A program made the position numbers and the translations under genes. From Sphaerodactylus townsendi (Eukaryota), in the NCBI RefSeq assembly GCF_021028975.2, contig NC_059433.1, positions 87,296,001-87,360,000 of the forward strand: DNA of 64,000 nt. The letters are read 5' to 3'. Below, piece after piece: positions 50,701 through 64,000 of the stretch. A model generated the notes under the pieces. It was not told the DNA's origin. It did no database searches and was given only the letters and a program-made list of their open reading frames with translations. Position 1 is the first letter of the stretch. Every line of letters starts with the position of its first letter.

Positions 50701-53171
50701 CATTTCATTTCACTTTATATTTACACCCCGCCCTATCCCTGAAGGGCTCAGGGCAGCTAACAGCATAATAAACAGATACATTATACCAATATAACAATGA
50801 TAAATTACATAGAACTAAAATAGGACCAGAATGGAGCCCAAAAGCTGATGTTCTCCTAGCCACGATCACCTGGCAGGCCAGAAGCAAAGCCTCAACAGTA
50901 TTCTCCAAGTTTATTTTTCAGAAGAAAGGGGAACCTCTTCTAAGAAGAATTGGTCTGCAGTGTTCCGATTGCTCCACTACAAGCAGCTCTGGCAACTTTT
51001 ATGCAATGATGGTGGTTTTTTCCATTGCTGCTGCAGCTGCCAAATAACTGCAAGACCACCAAGAATTTCACTGGTCCCCTGCAACTTGCTAGAGACTGGG
51101 ATTAAGGTCATGTCTGGGTAATCATGGGATCCTCACAAGTTTGTTGTGAAGAAAAAGGGAAGGGCACTATTTACAGTATAGCTAGTGTGGAATAGTAGAC
51201 TCTAATCTGGAAAACTGGGTTCAGTCCTCCACTCGTCCACATAAAGCCTGCTGGGTGACCTTGGACCAGTCACAGAACAATCTCAGTCCACAGTCCACAC
51301 AGAGACAAGCAATGGCAAATCACCTCTCAACATCTCTTGTCTTGAAAACTCTATGGAGTCGCCATAGGTCGGTTGTGACTTGACGGCACACACACTATTT
51401 ATACTATGAGCTCCACTGGAAAGTGCAGAACAAAAATATAATAGGGAGGATAATGCTACTTTGGCCATTTTCCGACAAAAGTCATCTGTAATAACAGCAG
51501 GAACAATGAATGTATACATGGAGGGAAACTACTCTAAACACCATCAGACTGAAATGTAAAACAGGAGCCATTTTGAGACCTGTCGTGTAAAAGTTGTACT
51601 GTTTCAGTCTTCACTATCCTGTGGCATCATTTTTATAAAGTTTGCGGACAACAGCAAAATCATAATCTCATGGAAACTGAAGTGACATTAATTCAGAAGA
51701 GTTATTTCACTCAGGAAGCACAAGTTTAGAATCCAAACAAATACTTCAGTCATGCAACTTTATGGACCTCATAAAAATAAGCAAGTATCTATGTAAGAAC
51801 ATTAGATCAACCATTTTTTAAAAGTCTTAAAATTTTGTTCTCCTAATGCTAAGATTGTAGAAGCAATAGTTATTAAGCAGTGGATGCATAAAAGGGTAGA
51901 TTGAGATACAATCCAGCTGTATCATGTTTGTTGCAAAAAATTAGCAGTTAGGCAGAAAGGCCAATTAATAACACACACATAAACACACACAGAGCATAAG
52001 AATGAACACTTCCCCCACCAGAAGATTATCCAGTGTTGGAACACAAACATGAGAAAACTAAATACATAAGCTCGGACAAAACTACAAAGCTTTGACCTTA
52101 AGCTAATTTCCCCCCTACCCCCCCCAAACATTTTTTTGGTGCTTAAATTTATTAGGGTGTGTTTGTATAAACATTTTCAAGCAGACATTGGTTCAACTCA
52201 ACATTTTTTTAAAGGACTGTGGTTGAACTGAATAGTTTAAACTTTAGCAATCTGGTTTCACATTAAAATCTGTGGGTTAAACTGCCAAATTATGAAACAA
52301 ACTGCACGCAATAACAACAGTCTTCAGTCCTATACAATGTTAAAGAGAGTACAGTTGGGAGTTACTAGCTGGGATCAGGTGGAATGATTCAGAACTTTAG
52401 GAACAAGCCTTAAGTACAGGCACATGTAAGCAGGGCTTTTACCTTTTCCCTCTATTCCTCATGGAATGGGAACAGAATGGGGAATGGGATGGGACAAAAA
52501 GAATAAAGTATCAGCAGCTTGTGGTCCACAAACAACATAGCCAAGGACCACAAGGCCAAAAGCAAGAAAAAAGAATAAACAAGACTACCAGCAGCAAAGC
52601 ACCATTGCCTTTAACACTGCTACAAAAGGGAATTTCCATAAGTGCAACTTGTCACCCAAACCCAACAGAAGTTGCAACTGTGGAAATTCTCTTTTTCATG
52701 ATGGGGTACAGAATGTCCAGCCCTCCTTCACCCTCTGGAAGGAAAGTCAATGTGGTTAAGTCTTGGGTTCAGAGGACTCAGGAGTCCCACGTTCAACTAT
52801 CCGCTCTTCCATGAAACTTGGGGGTAAACTCTGGCGGGTCAATTTAGTTCAACCTAGCTTACTTCACAGGGTTGCTATGAGGAGGAAGGAAGGACCACGC
52901 AAGCCAGCCTGAACTCCCGAAAGACGGGATTCCAAAATAACAATTCAACAAAACAAGCTACCATTTGAGCGCTCTTCTTCCCCCCCTAGCATTATTAAAT
53001 GGCACAGCTGCCGCACACCGCTCTCCTCCTCCTCCTCTGCTCTTGCTAATGAGAAGAGCCCCAGCCGGGAGGGCGCTCACCGCATTTCTGCAGCCCGTTG
53101 GTGTCGGGGGCCAGGGGGCTCGGCCGGCTGCCGTCCTTGACTTGGGTCTGAGCGCTGCTGGAGCAGCCCAT
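41742..53171 (-). CDS. ERICH5: ERICH5, glutamate-rich protein 5 (about 241 aa, 4 coding exons)
   Basis: MGCSSSA N-terminus, acidic low-complexity middle and GEMVEKVETE...VSEGSETKEEETGEA block resemble ERICH5; syntenic between RIDA and RPL30. Confidence 0.85.
43093..43193. mobile_element. 101-bp hAT MITE nested in an older SINE
   Basis: CAGTGGTGGGA / TCCCACCACTG TIRs; perfect TSD CATGTGAC. Confidence 0.85.
43421..43528 (-). CDS. ERICH5: ERICH5 exon 3 (GEMVEKVETE...EEETGEA)
   Basis: 108 nt, AG/GT, conserved C-terminal block. Confidence 0.85.
44066..44200. mobile_element. Palindromic hAT MITE
   Basis: TSD GTTTAAAT; same family as 2292-2426. Confidence 0.88.
44832..45335 (-). CDS. ERICH5: ERICH5 exon 2 (acidic region)
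   Basis: 504 nt, phase 1-1, within ORF 44701-45435; an in-frame alternative acceptor lies 9 nt downstream. Confidence 0.82.
49080..49385 (-). mobile_element. Same SINE family, full length
   Basis: Reverse-complement match to 1194-1490 with (CCT)n tail. Confidence 0.8.
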
Positions 53172-53620
53172 GGCGTCGCAGGGCGAGAGCCTCCTTCCTT
53201 CCTTTCCGGCGGGCGCGCCAACTTTTCCCTTCGGCTCCCGCCGGGCGAATGCGCGCAGGTGCCTCCTGGCCGGCCGTTTAGCTGGAAAGCGCCAGATGGG
53301 CTGCGCGTGCCGCTGGACCTCCCCAGCCTCGCGCTGGAATGTTTACCGCCGGCGCTCGGTTGCCATAAGAACGGCGCGGTCAGGGGGAGCCGAAGAGTTC
53401 CACCACGGCAAACTTTGGGCATTCTTTGCCAGCGGCGCAGGCGCGGCAGGGGGACGCTGCGAGGGGAGGCTCGCCAGGTGATGCCTGGGGCCATGCCGCC
53501 TCCGCATGACAGCCGGCTGCACGGGGGCGCCAGGCAGCGGCAACCCTCAGCACCGCCGCCGCCGGTTTACTTTGGGCCTCCTCGCCGACCTTTGCGCCCG
53601 CCCGTGATAAAGTTTGGAGC
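52980..53620 (-). promoter_or_regulatory. ERICH5 CpG island / promoter
   Basis: High GC and CpG density around exon 1. Confidence 0.75.
53081..53171 (-). CDS. ERICH5: ERICH5 exon 1 (MGCSSSAQTQ...)
   Basis: Kozak gccATGG, donor GTGAGC, 91 nt, within CpG island; myristoylation/palmitoylation-type MGC start. Confidence 0.88.
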
Positions 53621-56600
53621 AAAAATAAACCGGAATCCAGGCTTTATTCCACAACAACTGTTTAACAACAGATGAAGCATTAACGGTGGTATTTGCAACA
53701 TATGGCTGGATCAGTATGAAATGGCCAGGATACTTAGCTGGTGGGCAACAAGTGTGTGTAAAACTACAACAGCTTTTTGTGTTCTCCCGGAGGCCACTTT
53801 TCTAACACCCAAAGAAACACACACTCAACACACATAAGAACTTCAAACCTGGTATATTAATATAAACGAATAAATCCTCAAAAAGGCTTCAAAAAACAAA
53901 ATACTGCTACCACAGCAAATAACCTTACGGCACTTGGAGAGAGTTTAGTAGTAAAAGCTACCACCTCATTTTCGTTATCTAAAATGAATTTGAAGGACTG
54001 TGCCATAGGTCTGAATGGGTTTCTAAGAACAGAAGGATGTGAATTAACCAAAAACAAGCTTCACAAGACAGAGGGTTTTTTAAAAAAATGTTGGACAGCA
54101 TGGGTACTGTCCTGATAACTGTATATGTTACCATGATTTGACCAAAAGGAAAACCAGGGTTCACTCAATTAGGGCAGATGCACAGTCTAAACAAGGACTG
54201 TAGGAGAAAAGTGTGTATTTGAGATGCCATTTAGATCAGAACATGAGCTTACAGCTCACACCTTACATTATGTGTTTGAGTTCACGACTCCTAAGAGTGA
54301 AACATTTTTTTAAAAGAAGCTTTTCAAAAGAATAACGCAAGTAACTTGCCAACTGGAAAATGTGGGGGGTGGGGGATGAACCTTGTCTCTTTAATAGAGG
54401 CTTAATGGGTGGGAATGAGAAGCTGAAGCTTTTCATGGCATGGAGGAAAATAAAACTGCTTGAGAAATGACATCCCATTAAATGTAAGGTGTCCAGGGAT
54501 GGGGCGGCCTCCCAGCACCTCACAGCCTGCTCCACCCTCCTCCCTGTCACAGGTATCTGCCCAGGAACCATGGGAAATCCCACAATGGCAGTCCTACCCT
54601 CGGATTTACCAGCAAGATGGGGATTGTATTATCTAAACCATCTGTTTGTTATCTATTAGACATTGGAGTTTTATTGTTTTTAATGTTTGTATTGCTATTT
54701 TTAATGATTTTATTGATCATATATATTTTATGTTGTGACCCACCCTGAGCCCTGGGGCAATAGGCCGGGATATCTGGGAGGTCAGAAGTTGGGAGCAACT
54801 GCAGAGAACAGGCAGGAGGGCCTGAGCAGCAGGAATAGGTCTCAGCCATGGAGAAGGATGGAGCCACCACAGCCTCGATCAGGATGCAATCAAGGGGGAG
54901 GGCCAGGAAAACTGAATGGCCAATCCCACACCACCAGGGCTCGACAGATAGCCCATTGGCCACTAGTAGGCTAGAGCAGGGAGCTGGGGGGGCATCTGTT
55001 GAGAGATATAAAAGGGAAACAGGAGGGGGGAGTTAGGTTGGTGTGTGGGTAGGAAAGGATGAGATGAGTGTGATGAGTAGAACATGGGCTTAGTATAGCA
55101 GCAGTGATGTTAGATCTTGTAAACAGAAGCCAGAGTTGTCTTCTTTGATCCCAGTGACAGCCAATCTCCTATGAGACTCAGGTGACCTGTCCTGCAGACA
55201 AAGAGGGTACTCATATAAGGGCTTTTGGGGGGATGTAGTTAGCAACTTTGCCTGGAATTGGTGTTCAAAAGCCAATAGAGGGTGGTGCTTGTGATTTAAA
55301 CCAGACATCTTCAAGAGCAAATGATGCTCCTGTCTTCTCTTGAAAGCATAAGAGGGAAAGGTGGTAGTTTAAGAATACAAGAATATGGTTGGGCAGAGTC
55401 ATTGCAGGCCAGTAACCACCCAAATAGATCAACAGTCAGACTTGCTTAGATAGTTCTTTTGTTAAAACCTACACAAGCCCAAGACTTGTTCTGAATAAGG
55501 TGGACTTGCACAACACTTTTTAAAATGTTCAATCCAATTATTTTCCCCCAGATGCTACTGAACACCCCTATGTTATCACACTGAGAAACATGTTATGCTA
55601 AAACATCCTCATCTAATTTTTGCCCCAACTCCTTTGCACCTAGTATCATTTCAGATGGCAGACAGACATGATTAGCAGTGTGTGGTAGTATTACACAGAG
55701 AGGAAATAACTCTGTAAGAAAATGTAGTTTCTTCAAACCGGTCAAAAGGATTAGGCAAGAAGCAAGAGAGAATATAGCTGGAAAAGCAGCAACTAAAAAC
55801 AAAGTGAAGCAGAGACTTTGGGCAGTGGTGATGTAAACGGGTTTGAGGAGGGGTTAAATTGATCGGCAAGGTGCAACCTGTTGAAGGTAGCTTCTGAGAT
55901 TGGGATGGTGTTTACTTGATTTATATACTCCACCCTTCCCCCCATAATTATCCTCTCCATAGTATCCACAACAAACCTATGAAGTAGATTAGGTTTATTT
56001 ATTTATTATTTATTTATTATTACATTTATATACCGCCCCATCCCCTGAGGGCTCTGGGCGGTGAACAACAAAATAATATTCCAGAAACAATAATAACAAT
56101 AAATAATCAATATATCAACCCATATCAAGGTTGAGAGTGCAAACTAGCCCAAGGTCACCCAGCAAGCTTTCCTGGCAGACTGCAAATTCAATCTCAGGTC
56201 TCCCAAACCTTAGCCTGACACTCTTAGTTCAACATTCCCTGACCCTAGACTGACAGCATCCAATAGGGATGTTGTTGTTCCTTATAACACTAATTAAGGA
56301 AAGGGCAGGCATTTATAAGGTCTATTATAAAGAAGGAGGTCTAAGGACCGTACTCTGATATAACATGTAATCTTTTTTGCAAGGTGGTAATACCCATATT
56401 GTCAGCTGGACTTTGTAAGCATTTGGGCTATGCTGAAATAGACAATTCCAGTTTGGGATTTTCTCTACAGTCCAGCAGGCAGCAGCCCTTTCTATGCTTA
56501 AAAAAAACACCTTGTTATTTGATTGGGTGGCTGAATGACAAGAAATGTGAGTGCCTATTCAGCAAATGCCTGCCTCATTAGAGTCCCAAATACTGCTTTG

Positions 56601-57381
56601 TGCTTTGGAACAATGAGGTGAATTTGTTTTTCTGACAAAAAATGAGTAGGACAGCGCATGGCCCAGGGAAAATTGGATGAGCATGTTTACACATGCTTTA
56701 AATATGATTGTTTTCATAAAGCTCAGACTGTCGCTTTGAATATCCATTGAAAGGTGGATGAGGATGAAATAACAGCATTCTAATAAAACTCTCTGTGGTA
56801 TCTGATGGTGAAAAGTGTTCAAAAATATTAATATTTCTGCTGTCTTAGAATATGCCAACTCAGCCTTGGAAGATTTAGAATATAGTTGTAAAATTAAGGT
56901 ATTCATATTGATCAAATAACACTGAACTAAACTGACTTTGTAATTCTACCCACAGCATCTCTATCCATACTTTTTTAAAGGGTTGCTTTACATATTTGGG
57001 GAAAATAGCGGCAGGACTTAGTGCAGACTGAGCTTTTCTGACCTCTAGCATGGGCTTTTCTGGATTGGAGGTGGGGTCAGTTCTGGCCCCCTGTTGTCTC
57101 AATTTATCCCCTGATTTCTGCACACATTTTTGAAACTTTAGTTTTCACTCCAGATTTTGTGGAAGTTTTCCACTTCTACCATGATGTTTTTCTTGAAGCT
57201 GATTTTGAATTACTTTTTTTCTCACGCATAATGTTGCTCTTGGTTTTCTTTGTCCCATGGATTCCCACCCACCTCCAGCCCATTTTTCCATGATTGGACT
57301 GTTGTCATCATCAAACCACTCCTTCTGCTCCACCCCCCTTCCAAAGACAAGTGGTTTTGTTGTCAATTTCCTTTCTGAATT

Positions 57382-58416
57382 TGTTACCGCTGTTGCTCAG
57401 GTAACAATAAGTGATTTCAGCTCAGCAACGTAATGAGGCGCAGGAAGCCAGCATTCTTCAAAGCAAAGGATTTTATTTGGAGGTGGTGGCCACAGCTCGG
57501 GCAGGAGAATCGCGCCTTGCAAACAAGGGCAAGAACTTTTATTCACAAACATCAAAGGGTGCAAAGGGGCAGGTAAAAGGGGCAGGTAAGGGGGCAAGTC
57601 CATCACCAATAAGGAAACATCAATACAAAAGCCAGATACAATTACAACTTTTGTGAATGGGATCATGAAATCCCACTGTCAAGCGTCTTCCCACAAGATC
57701 TCGCAATGGTGCTGAAGGGAGAGCGGAAAAGGTCCATTCAGAGAATCTGGGTGGGTTTGCTATCACACCCAGTTATCTACTTTATCAGATGACTGTTTCC
57801 TTCGGTTATGACCTGAGGCTCCCGTGCCTCAGCTCTGCAACAAAGGAGAGTTCAAATTGTCCAGTGGTGGTCCTGACACGTCTTCCAACGGCTGGAACCT
57901 CTGGGTGCTGCTATCAGATTTTAATTTGCAAAACCAAAGGGGGTCTTTGTCTTCACTAAGGAATTGGCTGGGTGTTGGTGTAAGCTGCATTCCAGGGCTA
58001 ACTTCCTTGTCCCTTAATATCAGCTTCTACAGGCTACTGTTTTTACTAACATACACAAATATAAAAAATAACATTTCTAAACTTGAACATTAGGGAAAAC
58101 CTTAAGGAATAAACACATATACTTATAGGCAAGAATATCCTAAATTAACAATAACAAAACCTTAAAACTAGAGAACCTAGCTAAAATATAGCCTTAAACA
58201 GCGGGCAAATCATAAATTCAACACAAAAGGGGCTTTCATTATATCCAAAAAGGGCAAAGGCAAGAGGGAAACCATATAACACTGGCACAATCACATGTTT
58301 ACATCCTTTGCAAGCCTTATGGAGGCTTCTGAACCACACAAGTCTCTTATGGAACCAGTGTAGTCATGTAACTTGACTTCAAGAAAATATTTTGGCTATT
58401 TTCTTGGGCGGTAACA
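57382..58416 (-). mobile_element. Probable solo LTR (1035 bp)
   Basis: TGTTACCGC...GCGGTAACA termini, 4-bp TSD AATT, minus-strand AATAAA near the left end. Confidence 0.7.
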
Positions 58417-59099
58417 AATTCTCTTACACCGTGTTTTGCCTTTGTCTGCCTCCACATGGGCTGAGCATGTTCTGAGAGGTCTGAGACTGGCCCATGGTCA
58501 TCCAGCTGCCTTCATGTTTTGGACTGGGGAATCAAACCCAGTAACTGCTACACCACGCTGGTGCCCTTAAAAAGTTACATTGTTTTGTTTCTTTGTTTAC
58601 TTAAATACAACTAGTTAAAATTATTTTATTCCATTATAGTCTTTTGCGACTAGATCCTTGAAATAACGAGTCGTCTTTTTGGTTGACTGACAATCAATCA
58701 GCCCTTGGGGGGTTGGGCGGTATATAAGCCTAATAAATAAATAAATAAATCCTATGCGGGGTGAGATTTGGCTCTTGGAGCTGGCGCTGGGCTATGGGAC
58801 TTATGCAGGTGGAGAGGGCAAACGAAGAGATGGGCAGGACACAGAGCTCAGTGGTACCCAACCTGGAAGAGCCTAGGGTGCCAGAGGGGAAAGAGGCTTG
58901 GAAAACCTACAGGGTGGCCATGACAGCACGTACACACGCACAACAGGAACACTCCTACAGTGAGAGGGGAAAGAGGCTACACACAACCTTTACAAAGCCC
59001 ATTTGGAGGGCATCACCACATACAGAATAAAAGCTGCATGAGATTTTACAGAGGTGACGACCGGTCCTCATGCAGCTTCCTCTGTATAACTACTGATCT

Positions 59100-59265
59100 C
59101 TTCCGCGCATGCTCATTGCAGCAAACCTTTTCGAAAGGGAGGGGAACCGTTTCTCTTCTCGCGAGAGTAGTTCTTTGCCGTGGTTACGGCGCATGGTTAA
59201 GCGCGTTGCATTGTGGGCGCTCCTTCCTTTCCTCGCTGTACGGCCATCTTGGCGGAGCATCTCTG
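59100..59265 (+). promoter_or_regulatory. RPL30: RPL30 promoter and non-coding exon 1 with 5'TOP tract
   Basis: Perfect TCTCGCGAGA (59157-59166), pyrimidine initiator CTCCTTCCTTTCC (about 59220), YY1 site GCCATCTT, donor GTGAGC at 59266. Confidence 0.85.
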
Positions 59266-59399
59266 GTGAGCGGGTCTCCGGCGTGGGTGCGGGGAGCGGA
59301 GCCGGGGCGGGCGCGGGGCTGTCAGGCCGCGGCTTCGTTGTCGCGCTGACTCTCCTCTTTCCTCTTCCCAGGTAACTGCGGCCTTCGTGAGCCACAAGG

Positions 59400-63056
<3,657 letters not shown>

Positions 63057-63752
63057 TAGGTTGCCTTTTAGACTATACTTATTTAAAGTTAATTCTGTTT
63101 ATTTGCATTATTTATAGTCTTTTTTCCACTGAGACTCAAGGCTGCGTATCTTGGTCCTGTCAGTATTTTCCTTGAAAGCAATGCCGATTTCAGAATTTAT
63201 GTTGTGACTACTTTCAAGTCACTAAGCGGGAAAAGTAACCGCACATGTGCTGAATGTGTGTTAGATTCAGCAATATAGATCTCTCATAGAAGTTACTGGC
63301 TCTTTCAGTACACTGAAATCGGCCATGTGATTTCTGAAGATGGTATTTGCAGTAAACTGGTATTTGACAGCTGCCGTCTAAATTGAGTATATAAAAACAG
63401 TAAAATAAAATGACTAAAGGAGTTAAATATATTTCTGATTTATTCAGAGGAAATTGAGTTCCTTTTAAGTGCTTCAGGTAAACTAGATACTTTAGGAAAC
63501 ACATTTTAAAAAAATTAGTGTAGAGTACCCTGCTCTAAGGAAAATCTGAAGGGGCATTCTGGATCGAGTGCCTGGCTTCTATAATTCTGGGTGAACTTAG
63601 TTAAAACATTTGCTCTTGTTATGGCCTAGAGGGTCATTGGAAATTATTTGACAGGGAAATGAGATCATAAGCTTTTTCAGAAGCATTGTGAAATATTATG
63701 CCATTACACGTCAACTAAGAGTCTCATTGTGATACCTGAACAAGCATAAGCA

Positions 63753-63886
63753 CTGCGAATATTCTCGCTGTCCTGATCGTCCAGTGGTCATGGCAGGCTA
63801 GACATTCGCTATAGCAACACTATGCAGTGTGTCCCCAGTGCTAGTTTGTATTGTCTACCTCTGGTTTTTAACTGCTAGTGACATTC
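63753..63886 (+). ncRNA. SNORA72: H/ACA snoRNA SNORA72 (U72) in RPL30 intron 4
   Basis: Begins CTGCGAATATTCTCGCTG as in U72; H box ATAGCA between two hairpins; ACA box 3 nt from the end; RPL30 is the known host gene. Confidence 0.9.
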
Positions 63887-64000
63887 TGGAATAATATATG
63901 CTAACTGGGAATCTAGAAATATCTTTTAATGACGTAGGAAAATGTAAAATGAGTGAAATGTGCAGTGTGGATTACCCTTTAAGAGAAGGGACTTAAATAT

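Noticed and set aside
52958-53675. Long ORFs (178 aa, 236 aa) on both strands
   Set aside because: CpG-island stop-codon depletion; the real coding part is ERICH5 exon 1.
54880-55030. CCAAT plus TATAAAA promoter-like cluster
   Set aside because: Probably inside an unclassified repeat; no boundaries or downstream exon could be supported.

Overview
Vertebrate genomic DNA, almost certainly squamate and probably a gecko, judged from the repeat content (tRNA/CORE-type SINEs, hAT MITEs, a SPIN derivative, CR1/L2/RTE/Penelope relics). The window holds the conserved block POP1(-) / RIDA(+) / ERICH5(-) / RPL30(+). POP1 has 15 coding exons (977 aa) and shares a bidirectional CpG promoter with RIDA (6 exons, 143 aa). 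ERICH5 has 4 coding exons (about 241 aa). RPL30 runs off the right edge and hosts SNORA72. The most interesting structure is in POP1 intron 11: a sense-strand tRNA-like cloverleaf (16651-16719) with an intact acceptor/T helix. It lies 15 nt downstream of a candidate stop-containing cassette exon (16735-16805). That exon's 5' splice site can pair with the cloverleaf's 3' trailer, and its 5' end regenerates a 5' splice site. Together these suggest an RNase P/POP1 autoregulatory splicing or cleavage switch. Other items: a transposon-donated in-frame donor for POP1 exon 4, tandem U2 5' fragments in RPL30 intron 2, a near-perfect 47-bp hairpin, a decayed 590-bp palindrome, a solo LTR upstream of RPL30, a Penelope hammerhead relic and MITE-borne ZNF143-type motifs. 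All coordinates were read by eye; gene identities come from recalled homology, not database searches.
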